64,000 nt of DNA, taken from NCBI GenBank assembly GCA_040954595.2, contig CM082590.2, positions 11,284,655-11,348,654 of the forward strand, written 5' to 3'. The DNA comes from Balanoglossus misakiensis (taxonomy: Eukaryota; Animalia; Hemichordata). The notes under the pieces are model-generated. The model was not told where the DNA came from. It made no database searches and worked only from the letters and a program-made list of their open reading frames with translations. Every line of letters begins with the position of its first letter. Position 1 is the first letter of the stretch. Both the position numbers and the translations under genes were made by a program. Below are positions 26,786 to 41,304 of the stretch, piece after piece.

Positions 26786-29333
26786 TTGTCCATTAACAGT
26801 TACTCGACCAGAAAGGATCTCAGCAAATACAATTTATTATCCTCGACTAATAAGTTTGATCTCCCGCTTCCACCCTGCTTCCCCGATGGCAAACATACTG
26901 AGTAAGGTAATCCCTGACTTCTGCCAAGCTATTACAGCTATGGTCTATATCAAGTTACTTACTTTGTATTACAAAAACTGGTTGATCATCTTAGTTCGTG
27001 TTCGGCATCTTCCTCGCTTCTCCTTCTCTGAATTAAATTAAGTTTCCACACAGTCATTTGTTACTTGATATTGTTGAGAGCTGGCAACGTAACATGTTTT
27101 CAAGGTTATTGACATGCAAAGGAGACATACGATCAAGGAAAGATTGCTTACCTTGTCACGATGGATCAGTGTGAATTTTTGGGGATAAAAGTCTTGACGG
27201 TGTTGTGAAGAAAATATTAGTGAAAACACGCCATATATCACAAAGAAATAAGTTAACCCCATTTGGAAAATGACATATGTACATGTATATATCTGTGGCT
27301 AGAAAGTTACATGACAATGAAATCTTGTGTCTGTCTAAGCGAGAATGTTTTGCAGCTATCTCCCGTCTAGACTATCCCAAAGTTTGTTATAAAACATTTT
27401 ACGGCAATGCAAACGACTTAGTAATAAATAAACGGAAATAGTCTGTATAAGACTTTATCCAAAACATTATCTTAATCAGATTACCCCTCCAAAAAAGACT
27501 TTCATTTCCTTTTTGTTTTGGTCCCATGGTGGTGTATACTGTTTCACAATTACCGTTTGATTTCTTTTACACTGGACACCGTTATTCCCAACACAGCTTT
27601 AACCCGCGTGAGTCATTTGTACAATCCGTCTGTGATTGGAGCTGTCTTTGTGTGGTTCTTTTCACTCAGTTCCAACAAACAATTTCATTGAAGGTAATAT
27701 GTTATATTTTATTACCTTGACATTAATTTTTGTGCAAATATGAATCATAAAAATTAAAATATTGTTTTATTATTTTCCGATTGTCGACTTAAAGTATTTG
27801 GGGAATTCACGGGCATGTTTTGCTTTCATGTTGCATGTTGAGATTTGAATTAGCTAAACATTTCACAGACAGGACAATCTTGTTAAATATCAGCAATCTC
27901 TCCTCCCACATGTTTCAAAATCTGTGTTTTTATCAGAAAATTAGAGTGAACGACATTCCTGCAGATCCACAATCTTGAGGGATTACCGTCACCATAGAAA
28001 CAACCTGCAGTGCATTAAGTTCCAATAACAATACCCAAGTATAAATTGTATTTGTGTTGCACTAGTGTACATCGTCTGCAACTACGACAATTCATGACGT
28101 CACTCATTGCGTGGGTACATTCAAGTCAATAATTGATTACATACAGTAGTTTGGGAGAAGTGTTTAATGTGGGCATTGATGGCACAAAATGTTCATATTT
28201 TGTTGCAAGTTTGATCATACTTGCTTAACTTCATGAAATGTTGCCTTGGTATTAAACTGATAATAGTTTACGTTTTCAGTGGAAAGATCGTATGATTATT
28301 GTTATCGCATTTTCAAGGCGTACTTCAATAATTGATAATGCTAAATTAAATTAATTACACCTTATTATTATTGTCCACTGCATGATTGCATATAAATATG
28401 CAAAGAGTGGCAATTTTCACCACCAATATTAGTATGCATAACTTAACAATATTTCATCCAGCTTGAGATAGACACCTTGAACAATGTTTTTAATTGATTA
28501 TTTATAATTTATTTAATGGCCATTTAAAGACATAAATTAGACAAAATTACCCAATTAATTTTCCATCAGGTCCTCTAGAAGACGATGAAAATATAGATTA
28601 CATCGAAAATGTAAATGTCCAAACACATAAATAAAACAAATAACAAATAAAAATGAATAATAATTCAACTGAAAAATAAATAGGTAATACTAAAAACTCT
28701 TCCATATTCTCAATATTTCAGCTCAGCCATTCAAACTTCAAGGTCATCTCCTGCCGGCATTAAACATGTTCTGGTTGAAAAGAAGCGACAAGCCAACTAA
28801 TTATTCTTAGCTATCGGGAATGATGAGTGTATATACATCAATGCTACCAAAATCTGTCATACTTTTAACTAAATAATCGTTGGGTTCAATGTATATATCA
28901 ACGTGGTTTTGAAGAGTAAAAATGAGTTGGTCGTAAAGTGCATATCTGCCCTTGAGATGTTATGCTTAACGTTTTAGCAACACAGAGAAATATGCAAATT
29001 TGTCCCTAGGTATATGCAAAATTTTGCCACTAGGTATGTGCAAACAATGTCCCTGAGCACATTTTGCACTAAGTGTACATCACTGGCAATGAATATTTTA
29101 TCATTTCAGAAAATAAGGCATATTCTGCACGACCTAATGTTTTGACAATAGAAGAGGTATAACAAAAGCAAGAGCTGTATAATTGGGAGAGATATGAAAA
29201 GTCTTTCAATTTCAATATTTCTTCTCAATTTAGCCTTTTCTAATGGCTCCTACTATTTGTATCCTATTGACTCGTCACTTTTAACGGCCGGCGATCATCT
29301 TATGCGCATGTGCATAATTCCGTTATACAAACT

Positions 29334-29516
29334 TTACGTCCGATCCAAATGTTCTACAAATTTTGCTTTCGACACATTCAAATAGTGGACTGCTTTCGCT
29401 TCCTTCCACATTTCATGGGCACTGATGTATAAGTAGACTTCAGTTTTGTCCCTTCTTTTCACCCAATTTGATGTCTTTTCCCAATCTCTGACACAGACTA
29501 TGGTCGCGCCATCTTG
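29334..29516 (-). mobile_element. Possible decayed DNA-transposon accessory ORF fragment (Kolobok-associated type)
   Basis: RRDKTEVYLYISAHEMWKEAK...SKAKFVEHL resembles the KTRVxIGxAFxRWRELK...DAEFAxxLL pattern I recall from such ORFs. The AAGATGGCG start is followed by an early stop. Confidence 0.3.
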
Positions 29517-30504
29517 TCTGTTATTAGGACAGTACACTGCGTTATAGCACTGACTGTATACAATTTTTGTAACCAGAGTCTCTGGTTTGGCACATGCATA
29601 TGAAACGATTGTCGCCCTTTATTAGAGGTGACCTTAGCCTGAATTTAAGTTCGATATAAAATGAAAGACGATTAAAAGTTTGGAGGGAAATGAAGTGAGT
29701 TGAATGACCAGCTTGGGTAAATCTTCTTAGCATTGGCTATTCCGCAGACATCTGAGCCCATTCTTGGGAAGTTGTTTCAACATAGTTTGATGCATAAAGC
29801 CTCCATTCGTTCCTGTTTTATCAGTCCATTTCTGACAAAGTCTCATCTCACGCAAATTTTGTTTCGGAGCAAAAGAAAAAACTTCCACTTGTATGGCGTA
29901 AAATCCAGCTACTTCAAATTAATCGTTCCATTTAGAAAGATTATGAAAACTCAAAAAACATTCCTCTGATTATTTGGCGGGAAGCCTTTGATGGATGGTA
30001 GAAGCGATTAAGATTTTAATACGTACTGAGCTGTCTTTGCAGCAATACAACCAACGATAAGACTACTTTGATATTGCGTGTTTTATAAATATGCATAGAA
30101 AGCTCAAAGAATTGTGGTACAGCTGTGACGACAGTCTCCTCAATGGTCTAAAAGAATATTTTTCAATTCTCGTTATGACACATTAAAGGCACTTTGTAAT
30201 GGTTGCAGTTATTGAGGGCGCGTGATTGCGTGGCAACGAGTTCAGCTTCCGTTTATCTGATGACTGTTCCAACATCATTTCATAACTTCCTAATGTTTGT
30301 AACAATTTTTGAGCACATGACATTTTCCTCATTTTAATACCACCATTTTTGTATTTTTGGGATATAAGCTTATCTGTTGCGAGACATGACTGCAAGGGCT
30401 GCATACAATCATGTCATATTTCAAAGCTCTGTACAAAAAAATTCTCATCCAGTAGCCATCTAGGCAGGGATTCACCCATCCAATTGTCTATCTATCCATT
30501 AGTT

Positions 30505-30597
30505 CATTTACTCACTCACTCACTCACTCATTTATTCGTCCATCCATCCGTCCGTCCGTTCATCCATCCATCCATCCATCCATCCATCCATCCATTC
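30505..30597. repeat. (CACT)n/(CATC)n tetranucleotide microsatellite
   Basis: ctcactcact followed by catccatccatcc runs. Confidence 0.85.
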
Positions 30598-30654
30598 AGT
30601 TAGTCAGTAAGGGGTTATGTGATTGTTGGCTTAAGGATCTCAATTAAGGGATGT

Positions 30655-31028
30655 CGCAAGATGTCATTGTCATGATGTCTGAGCAGGGCAAGGCGGCCAG
30701 ATACATGTCATGGTGTTACACAGACATGACAACCTTTAAATCATGACACACAAAAGAAGACAGTCATACTGTCACTTAGCTCAACGTTCATGATCATATT
30801 ATGATAAGATGTGATCACAATTAAGGGAGACCAACAGTGCATGGTGAATCATGAAACGAGCTTTCAACATGTCAGTATAGACATGATGGCCATCTCTCAT
30901 CGCTGACGACCCATGATGTCATGCAGACATGACAACAGTGGTATCAGCAAACATAATGACAATGATGTCAGCTCGCAGTCATGACGATCATGACCACATG
31001 ACATATGACTGCCAAATGTCTCATGACT
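30655..31028. repeat. Degenerate CATGAC/GTCATG-rich low-complexity repeat
   Basis: Dense CATGA/TCATG/GACATGAC words in both orientations over ~370 bp. Confidence 0.55.
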
Positions 31029-34000
31029 ACCGCACAGACAAAGAATATTTCAAAACTTTACGAAGGCCACAGTACTAGCTTATTTCTGATGGGGTACACT
31101 AGACACCGGTGTGATTACCTTGTAATGAAGAAAGATTCGCAGAACGACAGATCGAAAAGAAATTAATGTGACAGCTTGTCAATGATGACAAACGCTATTG
31201 TCAAGTGAATAACCAGGATCTTCAGGCGATGCCTAAACAGCTGTGTGAAACTCTTTAGAAACTGTGCAATGACGTGGCTTCCTGGGTCGGAGATGTCACA
31301 AGGCATAGTCTGTGAAATCTAATGACTGCGATTTTAAAAAGTCAACTGAGATATTATTCAGTTCATATTCTTGTATGTAAAAAGGCATGCCAGAAGTGAT
31401 GTTAATAACTGTGCCATTCTCAATATGTGTCCACGTGTTTACGTTTCAGTTTACAAAGGTGGATTTAACGTCTTGTATTCAACCAAAATTCTTTCCATCT
31501 CTCACGCTATGTTCATACAACACCAGTATTGACACTTTTAATAATAGCTAAATCCTTGTCAGTTCTAAACACAAAATAAAGCGTAGCTTTTCCCAACCCC
31601 GTTTACACATCAATCAAAGTCTCCCCTCCTCTCTGTTGATTATCTCAAAACAGCTTATCTTACAATCGTAAGAAACCACTTTCAATATCAAGCTTATTTC
31701 TCTCAAGAGATCGAGTTTCATACAATCTTGAATATCCCAATATAGAATAAGTCTCTTCCAACCTTTTTTAATGAGGCAGACGAAAAAGGAATTGGCCAAC
31801 GGAAAATCTTTTATTGCATAAAAATTTCACCTACAAGAAAAAAAATGTGTATTTTGCCAGATAAGACTATAAAATATTGTCAATTTCGTTCATCAGTAAA
31901 ATGATTGAAATTGATGGATTTTTAATGTTACATTGTATCATCAAATGATATTTGCAATCAGTGAACACAAATTAGCCCTAAAAGCCTCTCAGTTGCCTGT
32001 CTATAGTTCATACACAACACATTTTTTGTGTTGGATATGTGACTGTTGATGGATGGACTTTGTGGATGGGTGGGTGTGTGGGGGTGGTGTTAGATGGAAG
32101 CACTGAGTGGGTAGGTGGGCCTCCCATCTGTTTTGACATCTGTAAGTTTCTATCATTAAACTCTGACTACAATCTATTTGAGTCTTATGACAACAGTACG
32201 GTCCCAGTTTTCTTTAATTGTTAATGTATTTCCGAGGTGTGTTCATCCATGACTATGTGTTGATGGCACACATGGTATGCAAGTTCAGTTTAATATAAAA
32301 AAACACAAATGAGAAATTTTGAAAAGTAACATTTGTCGCCAAAGGTAAGGACAAATGATTCACAAGAGTCTTCAAAAAATAATTTAACAATCTTCCAAAA
32401 GCAGACTGTATATAATGTACGTTGTTGCTTTTGGCTAGGAAAACGAACATCCTAGTGGAAAGCCAAACTATACTTGCCTGTCATCAATGCCAGCAACTAA
32501 AAAGCAATTCAACGAACTGTCGTCAGCTACAGGGCGGTACAAATTGTCCTTCGCTTCAGGGTGGCACATTGCCATCAGAGGAAAGATAAAGAATAAATTG
32601 ACACTGGATCTGAAAGGCAAACTGCTTTCGTTGGACTTTAGCTGATGTTATCAGTTGCTGTTACCAGAGGCCAATAGAAAGTCTTAAGAGCGATTATTAC
32701 TTGTGACTAGGGGTCAGAGATAGCCTTTATACTCATCGACATTTAGCGATGAGTTATCACAATTCACATTAAAGTGTTTACAAATAGATTGCACAATGTA
32801 TGAAGGGTAATCAACTCAGTGAATGGTGAATCTAAAACTCAAGCGACATATATTGTCCAAACACTGCAAATTTCAGCAGTGTTTTCTAAACAGTCCACAA
32901 GGCTATGGAATATGATGACCATGTACACATCTGGGTAGTCCCCTACCTGAAGTCAACCATTTGACAGCAAAGAACACCAGATAAGAATAGTTTGAATAAT
33001 AAACTGTCTTAACCATGTTAAATATAAAGAAATGTTTGAATAACTGGAATCTTAAATTAGCAAATTTACCTAACTAAAATAACATCTTGGTAAAAAGACA
33101 TGTTTACAGTTCCTTTTTCAAGTAGTATATTCAGGTTATTGGTTGTGAATTACAATACTGGTATAATACAAATGGTTGAGGCATCATATGTGCATCATAC
33201 TTGATAAATTGGTTTTAAAATTGTTGCACTGTTTCCGTTTTTGTTTAAAGTGTTTTCATGCAGACATAAAGTACCTATATAGAATGACCACAGTTTCATA
33301 TTTGCTAACATTTTGTCCTGTGTGTTTTTCTGTTTCCAATAGTCTCACAAATCAAAGATCCGTATAGAGATATCTACCAGAAGCTGCAATTGTATAATGG
33401 ACAGAGTAGTTCCATCTGATACGGTACAAACATCAAACTACTAATTAATATTGCCATATCCTATCTTTCTCATTTCCCATCACAATATAATGTATCAACA
33501 TCGCTGACGGAATTGCCTCTAGATGTAAGTGATAAAAATTCAATGTTCTAAGAAGAACGATTGTATCTAGTGATTTATACTGTTATATTCAATCCAGACA
33601 TATATAGTCACAACACAATCAAACCGCACATCAATTATTTTGTATAATTCCTATCTTCTTCAATATCGTTTACTAGTTACTGTTGAATTCTCCAATCGCT
33701 TGTCGCAGTCCAGTAGATTCTCAGCCCAGTTGTATTTCTTACATCAGAAGTTGGATAGTTGCAATTTCTTCAAGGTCAAAACGCAGGTCAAATTTTTATA
33801 CTGACGACTGATCGAGGCTTTTGCTGAATGTAGTTACGGAGGTCATTCAAACCATAGCAATATCTAGACATTCACATGTGGTTATTAAAAGTCAAATAAT
33901 CAGAAAATATTGCGCGTTGTAATATCAACATTGAAAAATCTCTTGTAATAGTCGTGTCTCCCAAGTCAGAACACGACAGGTATATACTTATTGAACACGT

Positions 34001-34549
34001 GTAATTCAAGATGCTTTTCATTAAATTTACTGTGACTTTACGATATTTTACCGTTGGCGCTGGTTAGATACCTACTCTTCTAAATTAAACAGCGTGAGAT
34101 TCACCCTTTCACAGCAGGTGCATATCTTTTAATGGTATTAAGCACACTGAGTCTCAGTGGAGAGCTTTCCTGTGGCAGAAGGTTTCGATTTCGTGCGGCT
34201 TTTGCTGTAATTTTAAGCTCGATGAAACAATATCGAGAAAATATTGCTCGCTGGGAAGATGTTTCATACTGAGCGAATCGGTCTTGTGTTGATATGGATT
34301 TTGCTTTCACTGAAATGATGAGAGTTTGCAGGCTTGACATGTTTGTTGGGATGATTACTTCGCAATAAATTGTGAAAAATTGCACTGATTTACCGTAAAT
34401 GAAATTAAAAACATATATATTGACAGTGTTCTCTGTGGCATCATAATTGGCATATTTGATTTCTATGTGATAAACCCATCTACGTATATCTATGTGTGTG
34501 ACGGTTGTGACGATATCCATTCTTAGCTAACTAATAATTGTTCACAATT

Positions 34550-34955
34550 TAGTCCTGCTGAAGACATGTTTTTTATCATCACTGTCTTGAGTTAACCATC
34601 ATCAAGAAACCATAGGTCTGAACAGAAACTTTAAACAAGATGTTCATCATCATCATCTCCTCCATGTCCAATGTAACTCTTCCAACATAAGCATGGAAAA
34701 TGTAATTTAAAGACCGTACATTCTCGATAAAAATGATCAAAATGCAACGCGCTGGTAGTCCTGCTGAAGACATGGTTTTTATCATCACTGTCTTGAGTTA
34801 ACCATCATCAAGAAACCATAGGTCTGAACAGAAACTTTAAACAAGATGTTCATCATCATCATCTCCTCCATTTCTTGTAACTCTTCCAACATGAGCATGG
34901 AAAATGTAATTTAAAGACTGTACATTCTCGATAAAAATGATCAAAATGCAACGAG
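34550..34955. repeat. Tandem direct duplication, ~206-bp unit x2
   Basis: TAGTCCTGCTGAAGACATG...AAAATGCAACG starts at 34550 and again at 34756, with few differences. Confidence 0.93.
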
Positions 34956-37900
34956 CTTGTGGCTCAGGTAATTAATAGTTCGTGAAGTAATTTGAAGGTG
35001 AATGGAAGTAGTGAAGAGATTTGGATTGTAACAAAGCCGCTCAAAAAAATGAATAATGATTTGTTAATAATTGATTAGTCTTTTTATCAAGGTCATGTTG
35101 GGAATCAAAATTCCTGCTGTGCAGATCTCAATTATGTGATCCTATGCAGAACTTAAACCTGAAAAGGAAATGTCATTTTATTAACAGTATAGTGATGTCA
35201 ATCAACAGGTAACAGTCAGGCAGTCAGTTTAATTGCGAGAACGCACCAAAATAGAGGTCATGGTCGAGGCAGACCATGATACTCAGTCAGTTCTCAGCGA
35301 GGTTGATTGTTTTGGGGGCACGTCAACCAATGACAGTATAACTTTGAGAAAGCCAGAGAGCCAACTGATACATATAGATTATTGAAAAACGGACTCTTTT
35401 CCTGAAAGCTTGTGTCACATTTCTAAAAAAAAACAGTTGAAGATAATTAATATTTAATGTCTTTTAACGAGGAACACATTGATCCATAATGATATCATAC
35501 ACAAAGAAAGTTCTATAAGTTGATGAATAAATAATCATATGAGACTAAATATATTCACTCCTTCTTGTAAACCTTCCAATAAAACACAAATAATTCATGA
35601 TTCCATAAAAACCACACCAACTTACTCTCATATCTTGGACTAGTCCAATTCCCTCACATTCAAATTCAGTCAGCGTTTTTTCTTTCATAACGTGTAAAAT
35701 AAATGTCCAAATCACTTGTTTTGTAAATATTTATTATTTCATGACGTCAAGAGATTTCTAATGTGTCTGAAGTCATGAGGTGAGAGAAGTGATAGTGCCA
35801 TACTGTGTCTGTTCATAAACGGCACACTTAATTGACTCCATAGTAACCATGGCAACACATTGTTCATATAATGTCAAGCCACGCTTTAGTAATTTGCCAA
35901 AAGAAACACAACCAGGTTTCTGATTTCGAACTTAATAACTTACATTGACGTCGTTCGCTTCTTATTCAACTGCCTCATATTAAAGTTAATCCAACGTGTA
36001 TCGTATGATGCCCTGGCTTCTATCCCAACATTCATTGCAGCGTGTGACATTACACAAATCAATTACAAATTTGGACACGGCGTGATCGACTAACTGCTGG
36101 TGGTTGTGTACCATTGGTAATTGTGTGTTGTGCCTCCAGAGCATATTATAAATTGAAACCCCAAAACTTCCAAATGGCTTATTAAAACTTTGTGGATTTG
36201 TTTTGCTTTTTGACACCACCACCTTTGGGACAACTTTTGGTGAATATCTTCTGCTCAGGGTACTGGAGCAGTGTGATGCAATTCCCAAGTGGCCATCAAC
36301 AGAAAAGCAAAATAATAAATTTAATAAATGTTTGGAAAGTTAAAGATTTTAGTGGCCCCGATGAACTTTTTCTTGTATTGCTGATCTCACGACCCTAAAG
36401 TGTAAAGTAGAGATGTGCAGCACCTAAGTGAACACGTACACTGTTTGATATCACCTGACGAGCAGGCATAGATGTGACATCATGTCTTGTGCCCACACTC
36501 TTCTTGCAGCAGGTGTTATCAATGTGTGTGGGTGCTTGTGTCCTGTAACTCTTAGCGATAGTTGTCGAAAGAGAATAAACTTGTCTGACGTAATGAAATG
36601 TGATTGGTGGAGGATTAAGAGATGAAGTATGGTTCATGTGAAAGATAAATTATGTGATTGGTCAATGAGATGAGCACTATTGATGTAGGACATGAATGTA
36701 ATTGGTTGGACACCCAGAGGAAAACCATGATTGACGTGAAAGATGCACTGTTCGGTTGCATGACCATCAAGTACAATAACCCCATATGAGTATCAGTCAT
36801 AATTGCTTTAACTCAACGTGTAGAATATCGTGGACTCATTTCATTGTCAGTTGCTTTCAGAAAATCTCACGAAACTCTGCGAAGAGTTTACAGTCACAAT
36901 ATAAACAGATTCTCCCGTAGGTAATCTGCACTTTGTGAGTCAGTCACATGATTCAATTTGATGAGAAACGGATGTGAACAATCTTCGCATCCCCTCATTT
37001 TTAACAAAAGCTTAGTAACAATATTGATGAACGTTGTGATAAGCGGCTGTACGGCGCCGTATTCTCGTGATTAATAACGTTAATTTAAGGTGTTTTCTTA
37101 GCGTTGTTAATCTCAGCAATTTATCATGTGAAAAAGAGAACATGTTTGCAGATGGAGTGCTGGTGGATGATGGGAAGGATTCTAAGAACAGCTACAACAT
37201 CTGTCACTTAATTTTTATTGCTTCTTTAGACTTTTCTCTTTAATAATAGAACAAATCCCTCGCCAGGTTTGTTGTATAACAGCTGATGAAAATTTGTTAG
37301 AAATATTCATTACCATCATCTTCCATACTTTAGCTAAATCAATCGCGTTCCTTCCTAGCCAATGGCACGAAACTCAACCACCGGGATGACCCTTGACCTT
37401 CACCGACTGACGAGCTTGAAGAATCTGTGTGAAAATCTTTAACTTAATATTGTGTTAATAAATGTTTACAGACAGTGTTCATCCAATCGTATTTGATTAA
37501 ATTCCAAGAAATTGATCATATAAGTCTGATTAGTTCACTGTCCCTATCATAAGAATGCAAACACTTTATATTGAACCCTTTAGGCATCACGGGCTACTTC
37601 AACAGATTTGATAACAGAAGTGGAAACCTCGTACTTGCTCAGTTACTCTTTTATCAATGTTGCTATGTCAACCAGCTTGATTGACATTTATTCAGGAACA
37701 CGTGTTCTTCCGATATTTCAGAGTTTAAGCAATTCCTCAATTCATTGTGATAGAAAAGAAGACAACATATTTTCTGTAAGGCACAGAAGAGATTGTGAGG
37801 CAGTGTAAGCCCCATTTCTTTCGGTTCTTTGCCCTAAAACTGCTAGTCATTTTCAAGCTGAAATAATCATCCGTGTTTTGAATGCAACTTTCACTTACTC

Positions 37901-40900
37901 CCTTTTTATAAAGTAAATCTGTTGAGTGATGTCTGGTCTACTAGTTCCTTGGTGTTTACGTCCCAACAAAGATTCTCAACTAATTATTCTCTTATTCGTG
38001 TTCAACCAATATATCTTTCGCTATATTTTGAACTTTTGCCTTGGCTGAGACAACTGTGCTTTCACACTGATCTGAATTATGTCTCTTGACTCTGCTAAAT
38101 TTAATATAACTCAGAACAAATTTTAGTTTTTAGTAAAAATTTATTTATTCTATGTCACAGTGACGTATTGGCCTGTATAGCTATGTCTAGTGCTTCAGTG
38201 GAATATTGACCCCTTGCACTGCAGGCTAGGGCAGATATGTCTATTGATTCACCGACACTGCAAGCGTTTGTGTTTCCGTTGTGTTACGGCTTGCAATTCA
38301 ATTCCCTCAAGACAAAAAAAGAATAATGCCTCCATTGAGATCACATTTTCTATGAAGAATGCCAATTATTAATGTTCATATTAGTTTGGCATTTAACGCT
38401 ACTCTGTACATGCAGGCCCGTTACAAGATAACTGATAATTTATGAATTATACCATCTGAAGCGCCAAGCCAGACATGCTTGCGGTCTTATGCAAAGAGAA
38501 TGAAAATGCTATGGAAACCGCTCTATATCGCCAATGATCTGTAATAAAATTGTTTCTTTCTACACATTTTTCTCTTTTAGAAATGACAAAACAATAAAAA
38601 TGATCTTCTTCAAGAATTCACTGAAACATACAATTTTTAATAAACGTGCGGATTAAAGATTAGGAAAACGTCAAAACTTCCATAAGCTTAATATGTGCAG
38701 GGATGTATTATTGCAATTGTTTCATTTTGTCTCAAAACATTTCAACCTGTAATAAAAATGTACACTTTCATCAGCTGTCATATTAAAAACCAGCCATCAT
38801 TGATGATAATGGAATTAAGAGATTGTTTTCCCCCAAGTATTGATAAAAATTTTGTTGGACGAAGTTATCTAACAAACGCAAATGGATTGCACTGTGAGCA
38901 ATGATAGCATGGTGTGATGGATTACTGTGGCCTTCGAGTTGTGAGACCTTCGTCACCAAACCTCCTTGTCTGCGGGAAATTAATAATTTACACCTGAGCA
39001 GACCTGTCTTCGTACCTTAAGCACTGATGTGGTTGAATGGTACACGAACGCCTAATCATGTCATATCCACTGACTTAATGACTTCGGCGTGTTTGAATGC
39101 CTTGTGTATCAATTTCGTCAGGAGCATATATAAGCATCATACCGACCTTTTCACATAAGTCTTAGTGCATTGTTAACTCGCGGATATTGGAACTTAACGA
39201 GAAAGACTGGTTTCTAAAAAAAATCCCTGTCACCTGTCAGTTCATATGTTGTTTTTGTACTTTTAGAAATTTTTATCATAATTGATTAAATAGGGTCATG
39301 GCTATAATTATCCACAACATTACCAGCTGCAGATGTATTTAGAATAATGCAGATATTTTGGCCATTTCACTCGGTTGAACGATTTCTGTATCGATAGTCC
39401 CTAAACTTCACTATCAGACAGATCAATTGGATATCCATACACAGCGATATTCGACGCAAGTCAAGAGATGTACAAATGAATGTATCTCGATATCTCTGCG
39501 TTGCATTTGCAGACAACAACTACATTTGAGTGGAATAGCGTGTTGGGTTTTAATCGTTGAAAGGCCAAAGTCTCAGACACACCACAACACTGTATCTCTG
39601 GTTTTTCTTCTCAAAACGAGCCACTTGTCTTGAAAGCGTTCAGGGATTAGATACCATCGTTTCCACTTCGTACATTCAAGGGACCGTCGCAAATATTTAC
39701 ATTCCTATGTAGTCCTGATATGTAATGGGTGAGCTTGTTCTGTTTTTCCCCAATCTTCATAAATGATGTCAGAGTTTTACAAAAACCATGGCAGCATATT
39801 CAGTTAAACTATCGGGAGGCAGTTTAAATCGGGCTAGCATTTGTAACAATCATAAATCAGATAAAAGTGACAAATTACTAATATCAACAAATGTATGATA
39901 GTTAATTTTTGAACGTTTCGCTCTTATATCTTTATTTTCACAAGGCATTGTGGGATTCCTGCGGATAACTCTCTTGCTCAGACTCGTAGCAAAGCGTTTT
40001 GGTTTCTGTTGTTATATATTGATGGAATATTTTTATAAATGAAACAAGGACAGTATTTTTTGTCATAATCCATTCGTTCATTTACAAAGGGACCAGAATT
40101 GCCTGGGAGGGTGAAAATCTATCATTGATTCAAGAGAATGAAGATTTTGGGAAGCGCGTGACAATTAACTCCTTTCAAAAATGAAGCTGCATGCAGATTT
40201 TTTGTTTACATGCAGATTTATTCCTCGTAAGCCAATTGAGTGGGCTTGTTTCTGTTCACAGAACCTACAATAACAGTAACAGACTTTATCTGTGACTGAC
40301 ACATGCACACACACATACACTCAGCCACATGCATGGTCAACCCCACAGTATTTTTCAACATCACACGAATACCAGTGGGGCTGGGTAGAATGTACATTAA
40401 GTTTGACAGAGTGCTTATGGTTCCATGATCGAAAAACAGTCCTTTTCAAATGAAGTAGTCCCTGGTGAATATTGAGAGTGTAACCGCTAGAATCTAAACG
40501 TTTTGTAAGTTCAGGCGTTGGGAAATTCAGCGGAATATATTCCATTACCATTGTTCATGGAAGATTCCCACGATGTGACCAACAATTTTCAAACCAATCC
40601 TGTCAAAAAACTGTGCGTATACGCAAAATATTTCTGCAGGGTGCCTTCCATTCTTTTGTTGTGAATATATCTATTTTGGAGAAAAAATGTTGTTTGAAAA
40701 TGTTCCTAGTTCGTAAAAGACTAAAAAGATAAGAAGTTCGCATGCTTTTTGGTCGTGAAATGATATTATGTTGTATACGTAATGTTTTGCAAGGAAGTGA
40801 GAAAGAGCAAAATTTTTTTAAAGGGTTAGATTTCTCATCACATGATCCTCATATATTCAATGACAATGGAAAGTCTGGTTCCTGCCCTGCAAATTAGTGA

Positions 40901-41304
40901 AACTTTTCTCTCTGAAAAGGACTGTTTCCTATCATGGATGATTCAATCCAACAATCTCATGTGAATGAGGAAAGAAAAAACACAGAAATATTATGCTTCA
41001 CATTGCTTTAATCCATTGCTAGAGATATGCACAACACTGTACTGTTTGCAAATGTTGACTAAAATACAGAATAACTGAAGTCTGAATGATTCAATCGTTG
41101 ACGTCTAAACTAATCCAATTGACATCTAACATGTAATCTGCTACAATGAGACACTGACTATCATTTCACTAAGTGCAGCGATTATTGGAAGTCTATACGT
41201 TTGAATTAAACTTCGTCAATATAATGGTAGGTCTGATCAGTATGTTGCGAGATAATTAGCTCTGTAATGACAGCTGGTTTTGAGATCCTCTTAAACGTTT
41301 TGGT

